A stretch of DNA of 64,000 bases from Malacoraja senta (Eukaryota), in NCBI GenBank assembly GCA_038087875.1, contig CM075988.1, positions 2,604,001 to 2,668,000 of the forward strand, read 5' to 3'. The translations under genes were made by a program, and so were the position numbers. Numbering within the stretch: position 1 is the first letter of the stretch; each line of letters begins with the position of its first letter. The notes below the pieces were generated by a model, which saw only the letters and a list, made by a program, of their open reading frames with translations, was not told the DNA's origin and searched no databases. This document shows positions 11,933 through 24,779 of the stretch, piece by piece.

Positions 11933-12150
11933 CATAAGTTCTAGGAGCAGAATCAGGCCATTCAGCTCATCAAGTCTACTCTGCCATTCAATCATGGCTG
12001 ATCTATCTTTCCCTCTCAACCCCATTCTTCTGCCTTCTCCCCATAACCCCTGACACCCTTACTAATCAAGAATCTATCAATCTCCGACTTACAAATGTGC
12101 ATTGACTTGGCTTCCATTGACGGAATGAATGCCACAGATTTACCACCTTC
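11933..12150 (-). mobile_element. CR1 3' end fragment
   Basis: CATAAGTTCTAGGAGCAGAATCAGGCCATTCAGC..CCATTCAATCATGGCTGATCT CR1 3' UTR, reverse-complementary to the plus copies at ~17450-17550 and ~19600-19717. Confidence 0.75.
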
Positions 12151-12654
12151 TTTTGCTCCCCATGGTGACCTTCGAGATATTCTAATCGGGTGATTTACTT
12201 ACCTTCACCTGTACTGATTGGGGGTCCTAACTTGAATTGTTGACTGTCTTTCCCTCCACAGATGCTGCTGGATCCGCTGTGTTTCTTCAGCAGATTGTTT
12301 GTTACTCCAGATTCCAGCATCTGCAGCCTCTGGGCTCTCCACAACCTCGCAGCTTTTCAATTATTTTCTACAAATGAACCCGCTGCTTTATTTAAAAATT
12401 TTATTTTGCTTATGAGTCTGTTTTTGTGATTTGCTATCCTAATTCTCTTTGGCATTGAAAATATTTACTTTCAATTACTTTTTTGTGTTTCGTTTCTTCC
12501 CTCATTTTTCCAACCGAATTGCATCATATTTTGTTGTATTGGAATCTAATTCTAAACCTAACACGCGGAAACACATTTTGAAAATGTATTAATGTCCTTT
12601 CATCTTGTAGGTAATAACCTCAACACCCAATTTTAAATTGTGCTTTTGTTTTAA

Positions 12655-12950
12655 AGATACAGCATAGAAACAGGCCCTTCAGCCCATTGCGTCATTGCCG
12701 ACTGACGTTCACACTAGTTCTATGTTTCTCATCCAGTCTATGTACATTAGGGGAAATTTACAGAGACCAATTAACGCACAAATCCGACCCTCTTTGTGAT
12801 GTGCGAGGAAATCAAAGCACCTGGCAGAAACCCAGCTGGTCGGAGGGAAAACGTGCAAACTCGACACGGACAGCACCTGAGGTCAGGATCAAACCCGGAT
12901 CTCCCGTGCTGTGAGGCAGTGGCTCTAATGCTATGACACTGTGCTGCCCT
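12655..12950 (-). mobile_element. tRNA-derived SINE (HE1/V-SINE-like)
   Basis: Reverse complement of the SINE at 20445: B-box-like GGTTTGATCC, GTGCTGTCCGTG core and GGGCCTGTTTC 3' end. Confidence 0.75.
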
Positions 12951-13629
12951 GTGGCTGGACTACTGCTGTCACTACTTTGATTTGTGAACCCAAATTATTT
13001 GATAAGTGTTGGACAGCAGTAGCCCAGCCATTGAATCATGGTGATATCATGGTGATACTCCACTCCCTCCTTCCACCATCTGAGTAAACATTAAACTCCA
13101 CTTCCTGATTCCTCCACTTTAGCCACTTTATTGGTGGGTCTTGAACCATGTGATCAGAACGTAGCCATTGCTGCTCCTGGAGTGTGAGCAGTCCATAGTA
13201 TCCTCAACCATTCACACCTCCAGCCATAGCAACCAGAGAGACCAGGGTCTCATTGTGATTGTCACCAATGTGTATCTTGCCTATTGACTGATGGAGATGT
13301 TGCCAACGTCAGAACCTATTTCCTCTGCCTCATTGGTGAGCCACTGTCATGAAACCCAGCTGTGTTTTTTGTCATTCTGTAGCTGGTTCACACTAGCTTT
13401 GTTGCACCAGTGTGGAGGGAGTAAGTGGCAGTACTTGGGTGTCAATAACATTCATTGCTTTGTTCAGCATCGTGTGATATCCTTGCCTGTTGTTGGAGCT
13501 GCATCATCTAGGTAAGTGGAGAACGTTTCATCACATTTCTGTCTTCAAAGGCTTAGGGATATTGGGAGGTGAATCATTTCAACTATTGCTTTAGTAGCTG
13601 CTCTTGTTCAGGATCTGGTCAATGGATAT

Positions 13630-13932
13630 TTAAACTTTACTTTAGACTTTAGAGATACAGTGCAGAATCAGGCCCTTTGGCCTACCGAGTCTGCACTGAC
13701 CAGCGATCATCCCGTACACTAGCACTATCCTACACACTGGGGACAATTTACAATTTTACTAAAGCCAATTAACCTACAAACCTGTATGTCCTTGGAGTGT
13801 GGGAGGAAACCGGAGCACCCGGAACAAATCTCGTGAACGTACAAACTCCGCACAGACAGCACCCATAGTCAGGAGCAAACCTAGGTAACTAGTGCTGTAA
13901 GGCAGCAACTCTACTGCTGTGCCAACGTGCCA
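13630..13932 (-). mobile_element. tRNA-derived SINE (HE1/V-SINE-like)
   Basis: Conserved CCAATTAACCTACAAACC and GGGAGGAAACCGGAGCACCCGG core; (TAAAG)n-like tail. Confidence 0.85.
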
Positions 13933-14104
13933 TCACAATATTGGTGACACAATAAACTGCAGATGCTAAAATCGTGAACAAAAAGGTTAGTTTATAAGAC
14001 ATAGGAGCAGAAATTGGCCATTCAGCCCATCGTCAGATTCAATGGCTATTTTTCTCTCTCAACCCCATTTTCCTATCTACTCCCCATAACCTTTGATGCC
14101 ATTA

Positions 14105-14647
14105 TGGGCCTGTCCCACTGAGGCGATTTTTTCGGCGACTGTCATAGTCATAGCTGGTCACCGAAAAACTGGCGACTGGATCCCCCTACGACAATGTCCA
14201 CAACAACCTACCACCTAGTCGATGTCCAGCTACTGCAAGCTACCGACAACCGGCGACCCATTAAGATGTCCACCTACAACTACAACAACCTACGTCCACC
14301 CGCGACAAGCTACGACAAGGTAAGATAATTCAGTCGCCGGTACCTGTCGCTGGTTGACGTAGGTAGTCGCTAATGGAATTCACCGAAGTCGGCACCGGCG
14401 ACAACCTACGTCATCCTGGCGACAACCTACGACAGCACCAACGTCAGGAGAAGTCAAGCTATGCTTTATTGGCGTCAAGCCAAATGTTGCCGACTGTCGC
14501 TGAAAAGTTTTAAACATTTCAAAATCCAGAGGCGACCAGAAAAACGCTACGATTCTTTGGGCGACTGAGGAGACTACTCATGACCATACAGGCGACACTC
14601 TGGCGACCATGTGGTGACAGCCTAGTCGCCTAATTGGGACAGGGGTA
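14105..14647. mobile_element. PIF/Harbinger-type MITE
   Basis: TIR TGGGCCTGTCCCACTGAGGCGA / TCGCCTAATTGGGACAGGGGTA; TTA duplication at 14102-14104 and 14648-14650; internal CGACAACCTA-like repeats. Confidence 0.8.
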
Positions 14648-14867
14648 TTACTAATCAAGAATCAATTAATATCCACTTTAAAAATACCCAATAACTTGAC
14701 CTCCATTACTGTCTGTGGCAAGAAATTTCACAGATTCACTACCCTCTGGCTCAAGAAATTCCTCCTCATCTCTTCCTGTTATTCTGAGGGTCTGCCCTCT
14801 GGTCCTATACTCTTCCACTACTGAAAATATCCTCTCCACATCCACTCTCTCAGCCCTTCATTATTCG

Positions 14868-15085
14868 TAGAAACAAAGAATTGCAGATGCTGGTTTACAC
14901 AAAAGGACACAAATTGCTGGAGTATCTCAGCGGGTCAGGCAGCATCTCTGAAGAACACGGAGAGGCAATGTTTTGGGTGAAGATCCTTCTTCAGTCTGAA
15001 GAAGGGTATCAACCCAAAACATTATCCATGTTCTCCAGAGATGTTGCCTGACCTGCTGAGTTACTCCGATCACTTTGTGTCCATA
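14868..15085. mobile_element. PLE-terminus-derived palindromic element
   Basis: Inverted arms centred on CTTCTTCAG-T-CTGAAGAAG (~14987-15005), flanked by direct repeat CATTATTCG (14859-14867 and 15086-15094). Confidence 0.75.
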
Positions 15086-15844
15086 CATTATTCGGTAACT
15101 TTCAATGAGATCCTCCCTCATCCTTCTAAACTCAAGCGAGTACTGGCCCAGAGCCATCAAACGCTCCTCATAGTTTAACTCAGGCCCCTTTGTCCCTCAT
15201 CTCACTTCAACCCCAACATGTGTGGTATATGTCCTACACTTACTGGACTCACCAGATCCATCATCTAATATTTAATCAGAATTAGATTCCATCTGCTAAT
15301 GCCCTGCCGAGCTTAGTAGCTGATCAGTTTCTTTCTGCAGCCTAAGATTACCCACTCCAATGTCAGCAACATCACTAATTTTTGTGTAATCTGCAAATTT
15401 ATCTCCTACATTCTCATGGATTTGTACAGCACAGAAACAGACCTTTCCACCCACCTCGTCCATGTCATAGAGTCGTACAACATGGAATATGACCTTCAGC
15501 CCATATGTCATAGTCGTACAGCACAGGATCAGGTCCTTCAGCCCATCATTGTGGCACTGACCATGATGGTGATCTACACCAACCATGCCTGCTGCACGTG
15601 GTCCATGCCTCTCCATTCCCTGCCTGTTCATGTGTCTGAATGAATGCCCCTTAAACATTCCTATCATATCTGCTTTGACTACTTGTCCTGGTAGCAGATC
15701 CCAGCTCTTACCACAGATAGACACAAAGTCCTGGAGTAAATCAGCAGGTCAGGCAGCATCTCTGGAGGAAAGAGATGGGTGTCGTTTTGGGTAGGGATCC
15801 TTCAGCTCTGAAGAAGGGTTCCAACCCTAAAATGTCACCCAAGC

Positions 15845-16450
15845 TTTTTGACTATAGGAGCAAGGAGGTCCTACTGCAGTTGTACAGGGCCCTGGTGAGA
15901 CCACACATGGAGTACTATTGTGTGCAGTTTTGGTCTCCTAATTTGAGGAAGGACATTCCTGCTATTGAGGGAGTACAGCGTAGGTTCACCAGGTTAATTC
16001 CCGGGATGGCGGGACTCACATATGATGAAAGAATGGATTGACTGGGCTTACATTCACTGGAATTTAGAAGGATGAGAGGGGATCTTATGGAAACATATAA
16101 AATTCTTAAGGGATTGGACAGGCTAGATGCAGGAAAAATGTTCCCGATGTTGGGAACCAGCGGTCACAGTTTAAGAATAAGGGGTAGACCATTTAGGACT
16201 GAGATGAGGAAAAACTGGTGAATCTGTGGAATTCTCTGCCACAGAAGGCAGTGGAGGCCAATTCACTGGATATTTTCAAGTGGGAGTTAGATCTCGCTCT
16301 TAGGGCTAACGAGAATTGAGGGATATGGGGAGAAAGCAGGAATGGAGTACTGATTGTGGATGATCAACCCTGATCATATTGAATGATGGTGCTGGCTCGA
16401 AGGGCCGAATAGTCTATACCTGTGCCTATTTTCTATGTTTCTATGTTTCT
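15845..16450 (+). mobile_element. CR1 3' fragment
   Basis: EVLLQLYRALVRPHMEYYCVQFWSPNLRKD and a (TTTCTATG)n tail. Confidence 0.9.
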
Positions 16451-17009
16451 AGTGCGTCAACCAATTAATGCAAACCTGCCATTCACTTTCTTAACTACCC
16501 AATCTACTTGTGTTGCCATTGTCAGGGGGCTACAGGCCACCTCTTGTATTTTACCTCACACTTGACTTGGGCATCCAAGATAGCGTCCAACCTCGGCGAT
16601 TATTTGCGTGCCAGCCATTGAAGCAGACCTACAATCACATATTACTACCGCAACACACTTCTAAATCTCTATTCCTACAGATCTATACACTGCAAACAAC
16701 TTGATTGTAATCATGTACTGTCTTTCTGCTGACTGGATAGCACGCAACAAAAGCTCTTCACTGTAGATCGGTACATGTGATAATAAACCAAACTGACTGG
16801 ATTAAGCATGATCTGCCATTTCTCTGTCCAAATTTCCAAGTGAACTGGTCTAAATCCTAATGTATTTTTTGGCAATACCTTCCATAAGTCCATCAATTTT
16901 TACGTCATCTGTAAACTTGCAAATCAGACCACATACATTTTCATCCAAATCACGGTTATAGGTTGAAAACCAACAGAGGTCCCAGCACTGATCCTCGAGC
17001 AACACCACA

Positions 17010-17555
17010 AGGTTGAGCAATTTTGGCCCCCATATCTGAGGAAGGATGTGCTGGCTCTGCAGAGGGTCCAGAGGAGGTTTACAAGAATTATGCCAGGAAT
17101 TAGTAGGTTACCCTATGATGAGCATTTGTCGGCACTGGGCCTGTACTTGCTGGATTTAGAAAAATGAGGGGGGACCTCATTGAAACATACAGAATAGTGA
17201 ATGGCTTGGATAGAGTGGATGTGGAGAGGATGTTTCCACTAGTGGGAGAGCTTAGGACTAGAGGTCATAACCTCAGAATTAAAGGACGTTCTTTTAGGAA
17301 GGAGATGAGGAGAAATGTCTTTAGTCCGAGGATGGTGAATCTGTGGAATTCTTTGCCACAGAAGGCTGTGGAGGACGTCAGTGGATATTTTTAAGGCAAA
17401 GATAGATAGACTCTTGTTTATTACAGGTGTCAATGGTTATGGGGAGAAGGCAGGAGAATGTTAGGAGGGAGAGATAGATCAGCCATGAATGAATGGCAGA
17501 GTAGACTTGATGGGCCGAATGGCCAACTTCTATTCCTATCACCTCTGACCTCATG
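17010..17555 (+). mobile_element. CR1 3' fragment (second subfamily)
   Basis: MRGDLIETYRIV..RTRGHNLRIKG..VNLWNSLPQ. Confidence 0.9.
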
Positions 17556-17644
17556 ACCACTGGTCTCAGGCCTCCAATCAGCAACACTCCCTCCACCACT
17601 ACCCTGTATTCTGTGGGTAAACCAGTTCAGAACCAAACCACTGA

Positions 17645-18006
17645 GGACGGACTGGACAAGCTAGATGCAGGAAAAATGTTCCCTATGTTGGGCGAGTTCA
17701 GAACCAGGGGTCATAGTCTTAGAATAAAGGGGAGGTCATCTAAGACTGAGGTGAGACATTTTTTTTTCACCCAGAGAGTTGTGAATTTATGGAATTCTCT
17801 GCCACAGAGGGCAGTGGAGGCCAAGTCACTGGATGGATTTAAGAGAGAGTTAGATAAGGGCTAGTGGAGTCAAGGGATATGGGGAGAAGGCAGGCACGGG
17901 TTATTGATAGGGGACGATCAGCCATGATCACAATGAATGGTGGTGCTGGCTCGAAGGGCCGAATGGCCTCCTCCTGCACCCAGTTTCTATGTTTCTATGT
18001 TTCTAT
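17645..18006 (+). mobile_element. CR1 3' fragment
   Basis: GLDKLDAGKMFP..RTRGHSL..VVNLWNSLPQ and a (TTTCTATG)n tail. Confidence 0.9.
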
Positions 18007-18704
18007 GACCCGTGCATCCCACGCACCTTAATCTTCTGGATCAGGCCACCATGAGGGACTTTGTCAAATGTCCACATGGACAATATTCACTGCCCTGCCC
18101 TCTTCAATCAGCTTTGTCAATTCTTCAAAAAACTCAATCAGAATTTGTGAGACAGGACATCCTCCAACCATGCTGACTTTCCCTAATGTCATAATAGCGA
18201 GCTGCTGGAGGAACTCAGCAGTTCAGACAGCATCTGTGGAGCAAAGGGATGGTCAACATTTTGGGTCAAGACTCAGCATTTGTCCTGACCCGTTACGTTC
18301 CTCCAGCAGTTTGTTTTGTGCCTACAGATTACAGAATCAGCATTCTCTATTGCACCCCCCAATAAATCCATGCTTTTCCAAATTGAGTAAATCCTGCCTC
18401 CTAGAACCACTTCAATTAATTCCCCACCACTGATGTAAGGCTGGCTGGCTGATGATTTTCTGGTTTGTCCCTGTGGCCCAACTTAAAGAAAGGAACAACA
18501 GTGGCTGTTCTTCACTCTGTAGGGACCTCGCCTGTCGCTAAAACGGTGCAAAGATCTCTGTCATGGTCCCAGAGATCTCTCCCTTGCTTCCCTCAGTATA
18601 CTGGAGTAGATCCCATTGCACCTTAGGTACATAGCTGATTTCAGCAGGATACAAGACCTTGGCATGAGCCTGGACAATACAGTGCATTGCATGGACACCC
18701 ACCT

Positions 18705-19717
18705 ACTAGGGGAGTTCTGCAGGGCTCGGTGCTAGGGCTGCTGCACTTCACGTTGTATATTTATGATTTGAATGAAGGGATTGAAGCCTTTGTGGCCAAG
18801 TTTGCGGATGATACGAAAATAGGTGGAGGGGCAGGAAGTGTAGAGAAAGCAGGGACTCTGCAGATATGGATCGGTTGGGAGTGTGGGCGGAGAAGTAGCA
18901 GATGCAATATAGTGTAGCAAAGTGTGGAGTCATGCATTTTGGTAGTAGGAATAAAGGCGTAGATTATTTTCGAAATGGGGAGAGAATCCAGAAATCAGAG
19001 GTGCAAAGGGACTTGGGAGTGCTGGTTCAGGATTCCCAAAACATTAATCTGCAAGTCGAATCGCTAGTAAAGAAAGCAAATGCAATGCTCGAATTTAATT
19101 CGAGAGGGCTTGTATACAAAAACAGGGATGGAATGCTGAGTCTCTATAAAGCTCTAGTCAGGTCGCATTTGGAATCATCTGAGCAATTTTAGGCACCATA
19201 TCTGAGGAAGGATGTGCTGTCTCTGGAGAGGGTCCAGAGGAGGTTTACAAGAATGATCCCAGGAATGAGTAGGCTTACATATGATGAGCATTAGATGGCA
19301 CTGGGCCTGTACTTGCTGGAGTTTAAAAGAATGAAGGGGGACCTCATTGAAATGTACAGTATTGTAAAAGACTTGGATAGAGTGGATGTGGCGAGGATGT
19401 GTCCACTAGTGGGAGAGTTTCAGACTAGAGGTCATAACCTCAGAATTAAAGGGCGTTCTTTTAGGAAGGAGATGAGGATGAATTTCTTCAGTCAGAAGGT
19501 AGTGAATCTGTGGAATTATTTGCCACAGAAGGCTGTGGAGTTTGTCAGTGGATATATTTAAGGCAGAGATAGATAGTTTCTTGATTAGTAAGGGTGTCAG
19601 AGGTTGTGGGGAGAAGGCAGGAGAATGGAGTTTGGAGGGAGAGATAGATCAGCCATGATTGAATGGCAGAGTAGACTTGATGGGCCGAATGGCCAAATTC
19701 TGCTCATATCACTTATG
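18705..19717 (+). mobile_element. CR1 3' fragment including the FADD region
   Basis: QGSVLG, KFADDTKIGG, KCGVMHFG, QRDLGVLV and TRGHNL pieces in shifted frames. Confidence 0.9.
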
Positions 19718-20444
19718 AACTCAAGACCCAGACCTTGGCCTCCCCGACAGCTGACACTACACAGCTCCAGTCTAAACCATCTAGACGTCCTCAGCACCAT
19801 AGCTGGATGGTGTCTGTTCCATCTGCCCGTGTATCCAGTGCTCTCAACTGTTGTGAGTATTTGGACCAAATCAAATTGGTTAAAGATTAATAGTCGGGAT
19901 CTTAAGAAAAGTTGAAGACTTCATCCACACTCCACCATCACTGAGAGTGGAGATGATTTTGGAGCCCACAATGTCCTCTGGTGTTGACAACTGTTTGTGG
20001 TAGGACCACCTGTCTGATCTGCTCCACTGCCTGTCTGATTGCTCAGCGTCATCTACACCTTGCTTGTGCTGCTGATGTACACTTGCCCTTTGTTGTAGCT
20101 TCACGAGATCCTAACATTAGACCCTCGCTGCTGCTCATGCCGTGTTGATGGCCAGAGTAGCAACGTTGGCTGTGGAGTCTGATTTTAGTGAGTACAGCAA
20201 CGTGGGGCTATTGCTCAACCGGTCTGTGGGTGTCACCCAGCTTACACACCAGCTCATGGGGATTCACGGTGAAGTCTACAAGATGAATCGATGGAGAGAC
20301 GGGACTGTGTGAACGCTGGGCCTGGTGATGTGCCAGGTAACCCGTCTGCCTTTATTCTTCTTTTCTTTTAAGCTATTTGTTTTGTCCGTGTGGCCAAACT
20401 TCAGAGGGTGTTTCTAATCAGTGCTGTTTCAGTCAGACCACTGA

Positions 20445-20748
20445 GGGTGGTGTAGTGGCATAACAGTAGAGCTGTTGCCTTACAGCGCCAGAGACCCCAG
20501 TTCGATCCTGACTACGGGTGCTGTCTGGATAGAGTTTGGACATTCTCCCCATGACTGTGTGGGTTTTCTCCAGGAGCTCTGGTTTCCTCCCATACTCCAA
20601 AGACCTGCAGGTTTGTAGGTTAATTGGCTTGGTATAAATGTAAATTGTCCCTAGTGTGTGTAGGGTAGTGTTAGTGTGCGGGGATCACTGGTCACCGTGG
20701 GCTCATGGGCCTGTTTCCGTGTGGTATCTCTAAACTAAAAAACTAAAA
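20445..20748 (+). mobile_element. tRNA-derived SINE (HE1/V-SINE-like), full length
   Basis: A-box-like TGGCATAACAG, B-box AGTTCGATCC, central GGTTTCCTCCCATACTCCAAAGAC..GGTTAATTGG domain and (CTAAA)n tail. Confidence 0.85.
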
Positions 20749-21235
20749 CCAGGTCAGGGTGTCTGTGTGTCCTTCCATGATGGGTTTTGACCACAGTCTG
20801 GTCGGGTCATTGCTTCCATCACGGAGACTGGCTTTTCTAAGAGATTAACTACCCCCTGAATTCAAACTGCCAGCTACGATTTTGAATATTGAGGACAAAA
20901 CCCTTGTGATCAGATGTAGAGATGAAGGACTTGGATGCCACTGAGGAAGAATAATTGAGACAGTTCAAATTCAACATTTCCGAGTGGGTGTTGTCCATTA
21001 AGTCACTGGTGGATCGCGGGTGTTAATGGAACACCAGAGGCCTTATTGCTCTGTCTCAGCTCTTTCATGTTCTTTCTTCTTTCCAACACATTATGACATT
21101 TTAATGCTCAGCTTTAACACAAGTATAGATACATAGAAAATAGGTGCAGGAGTAGGCCATTCGGCCCTTCGAGCCTGCACCGCCATTCAATATGATCATG
21201 GCTGATCATCCAACTCAGTATCCCGTACCTGCCTT

Positions 21236-22348
21236 CTATCCATACCTCCTGATCCCTTTAGCCACAAGGGCCACATCTAACTCCCTCTTAAATATAGCCA
21301 ATGAACTGGCCTCAACTACCCTCTGTGGCAGAGAGTTCCAGAGATTCACCACTCTCTGTGTGAAAAAGTTTTTTCTCATCTCGGTCTTAAAGGATTTCCC
21401 CCTTATCCTTAAGCTGTGACCCCTTGTCTTGGACTTCCCCAACATCGGGAACAATCTTCCTGCATCTAGCCTGTCCAACCCCATAAGAATTTTGTACGTT
21501 TCTATAAGATCCCCTCTCAATCTCCTAAATTCTAGCGAGTATAAGCCAAGTCTATCCAGTCTTTCTTCATATGAAAGTCCTGACATCCCAGGAATCAGTC
21601 TGGTGAACCTTCTCTGCACTCCCTCTATGGCTATAATGTCCTTCCTCAGATTTGGAGACCAAAACTGTACGCAATACTCCAGGTGTGGTCTCACCAAGAC
21701 CCTGTACAACTGCAGTAGAACCTCGCTGCTCCTATACTCAAATCCTCTTGCTATGAAAGCCAACATACCATTCGCTTTCTTCACTGCCTGCTGCACCTGC
21801 ATGCCTACTTTCAATGACTGGTGTACCATGACACCCAGATCTCGCTGCATCTCCCCTTTTCCTAATTGGCCACCATTTAGATAATAGTCTGTTTTCCTGT
21901 TTTTGCCACCAAAGTGGATAACCTCACATTTATCCACATTATACTGCATCTGCCAAACATTTGCCCACTCACCCAGCCTATCCAAGTCACCTTGCAGTCT
22001 CCTAGCATCCTCCTCACAGCTAACACTGCCCCCCAGCTTAGTGTCATCCGCAAACTTGGAGATGTTGCCTTCAATTCCCTCATCCAGTTCATTAATATAA
22101 ATTGTAAATAGCTGGGGTCCCAGCACTGAGGCTTGCGGTACCCCACTAGTCACTGCCTGCCATTGTGAAAAGGACCCGTTTACTCCTACTCTTTGCTTCC
22201 TGTTTGCCAGCCAGTTCTCTATCCACATCAATACTGAACCCCCAATACCGTGTGCTTTAAGTTTGTATACTAATCTCTTATGTGGGACCTTGTCGAAAGC
22301 CTTCTGAAAGTCCAGATACAACACATCCACTGGTTCTCCCCTATCCAC
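21236..22348 (-). pseudogene. CR1 ORF2 RT C-terminal part (370 aa open)
   Basis: YLDFQKAFDKVPH, GVPQASVLGP, KFADD and RPHLEYCVQFWSP; separated from its N-terminal part by an insertion and a deletion. Confidence 0.9.
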
Positions 22349-22371
22349 TCTACTAGTTACATCTACTAGTT

Positions 22372-24757
22372 AAGGCTGGGGATTTTAATCACACCAGCCT
22401 TAAGACGATGCTCCCAAAATTCAAGCAATATGTGGATTTTGAGACCAGGGGAGAGAACATCTTTAACTTGGTTTACACCAACACCCCAGAGGCTTACAAG
22501 GCAGCCCCACGCCCTCACCTGGGCCACTCGGACCACATTTCAATGTTTTTAACACCAGCCTACAGACCTCGGCAGAAACAAGCTAGAGCGGAGAGAAAAC
22601 ACACCAGGGTCTGGCCAGAGGGAGCAGCCTCAGCACTGCAGGATTGCTTCCTGCACACTGACTGTGATGTGTTCAGGACAGCGGCATCCTATGATGACCT
22701 CATCAACATCGAGGAGTACGCAGAGACTGTAACCAGCTACATTGCCAAGTGCACCGAGGATGTCACCATCATGAAAACCTTCACTGCACGTGGAAACAAA
22801 AAGCCATGGATGACAGCAGAGGTGCGCTCGCTGCTGAGGGCTCGTGATGCAGCCTACAGAGCCGGTAACACATCCGCTCTTCGATCTAGCAGGACTGCAC
22901 TGGAAAAAGGAATCAGGGCAGCGAAACGCGCCTACGCGGGAAAATCCAGGGACACCTCTGTGACACAGGAGACACCAGGAGGATGTGGAAGGGAATCCAA
23001 ACACTGACGGGGTACAAGGCAAGGCAGCAGGTAACTGACACGGATTCTTCTCTCCCAGATGAACTGAACAACTTCTTCGCTCATTTTGATGCAGCAAACA
23101 CCACACCCAAGGGGAGAGCCAGTCCCTGCATACAAACCGACCAGCCACTCCTGACCATAGACCCGATGGACACACGGAGAATCCTGTCTAAGGTCAACCC
23201 GTGGAAAGCAGTCGGACCCGATAACATCCCAGGACGTGTGCTTAAGGAATGTGCTGAGGAGTTAGCATATGTGCTAACGGACATCTATAACATCTCCCTC
23301 AGTCAAGCCATTGTCCCCACATGCCTCAAAACGAGTACAATAATCCCCATAGCGAAGAAACCAGTTGTTGCCTGCCTAAATGACTACCGCCCTGTCGCCC
23401 TGACCCCAATAATAATGAAGTGTTTTGAACGCCTGGTGAAACCCCACATTACTGCCAGCCTCCCCTCATCGTTACACCCCCTCCAGTTTGCCTATCGCCC
23501 CAACCGTTCTACAGAGGATGCCGTCTCTACCACGCTGCACACAGTGCTCACGCATCTGGAAAAAAGAAACACATACGCCAGAATCCTGTACATTGACTTC
23601 AGCTCAGCGTTCAACACCATCATCCCACAGAGATTGTGGAGAAACTAACCCTGCTGGGCCTCAACACCACCCTGTGTCACTGGATCTTGGACTTTCTGAC
23701 AGAGAAACCGCAGTTAGTCCGTGTGGGCAAGAACACTGCAGGCTCGATCACGCTGAGCACCGGCTCCCCTCAAGGCTGTGTGCTCAGCCCGCTGTTGTTC
23801 ACATTGCTCACACATGACTGTGCTGCCAGATTCAGGGACAATAAGATCATAAAATTCGCGGATGACACAACAGTGGTGGGACTCATCAGCGGAGATGATG
23901 AATCAATGTACAGGGAGGAAGTAAAACAACTAGTGGAATGGTGCGGCAAAAATATTCTAGAATTAAACGTCGACAAAACAAAGGAGATGGTTGTCGACTT
24001 CAGGAGGGTGCAGCCAAAGCATGCACCCCTTAACATCAGTGGCGCCACAGTGGAGAGAGTGGAGAGCATAAAGTTCCTCGGGGTGCAAATTACAGACAGC
24101 CTCACCTGGTCCAGAAACACCACTGGGACCGTCAAAAGGGCCCATCAGTGACTGCACTTACTGAGTAAACTAAAACAGGCCTCACTCCCCACCAACATCC
24201 TCAGGTAGTGAGGGGAGCAGAGAAGATCATTGGCGTCTCCCTACCCTCGGTACAAGAACTTTTCCTGAGCCACTGTTGGAAAAAAGCTCAGAGAATTGCT
24301 AAGGACAAACTGCACCCCCTCCACATACACCTGGATCTCCTGCCATCAGGCAAGAGATATCGCAGCATCAAAGCCCGGACTACAAGACTGCTAAACGGCT
24401 TCCTGCCATATGCTGTGAGGCTGCTAAACAGCCACTCTGTACTCACAGTCACCTGATTCTGCAGCTTGGCACGGACACTATAATAACTGGCACTGGCCAC
24501 TTCAATAACTGGCACTGGCCACTCAAATCAGCCACCCTGGACATGTTTATGATTGGTCTTGCTGTATTTTAACATTGTTTTTATCTATTTTAACTTCATA
24601 CTGTTCCATCAGGGACTGGATTGTTTTTGTTTTTAGTGTTATTATGTGTGAAATGTTTTAAACTTCATGTGCGATGCTCCGGTATTCCCTGGGAAACGTC
24701 TTTTCGTTTTGCACTGTACAACTGTTGCTTGCAAGATGACAATAAAGGAATTGAATT
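22372..24757 (+). mobile_element. Rex1/Babar-type LINE, 5'-truncated in the endonuclease, frameshifted ORF2
   Basis: [64 protein letters not shown] and LLPSGKRYRS; AATAAAGGAATTGAATT tail. Confidence 0.92.
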
Positions 24758-24779
24758 TCCCGACTAACCTGGATTTCAC

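Larger units (their letters stand above)
13995..15180 (-). mobile_element. CR1 3' fragment interrupted by a Harbinger MITE and a PLE-derived palindrome
   Basis: CR1 3' UTR and ORF2 end continue across 14105-14647 and 14868-15085. Confidence 0.75.

Noticed and set aside
12960..13620. Possible host exon or old LINE fragment (similar case at 19735-20330)
   Set aside because: No convincing protein motif or splice-bounded ORF; too degenerate to classify.
20445..20520. tRNA gene
   Set aside because: tRNA-like head of a SINE continuing into a core and tail; no complete cloverleaf.
21429..21884. Plus-strand ORFs recurring at 1824, 21429, 25039 and 57100
   Set aside because: Antisense shadows of CR1 ORF2.
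1343..22360. Segmental duplication explaining the near-identical CR1 copies 1 and 2
   Set aside because: Identity ends at the element tails and the flanks differ, consistent with independent insertions of one young subfamily.
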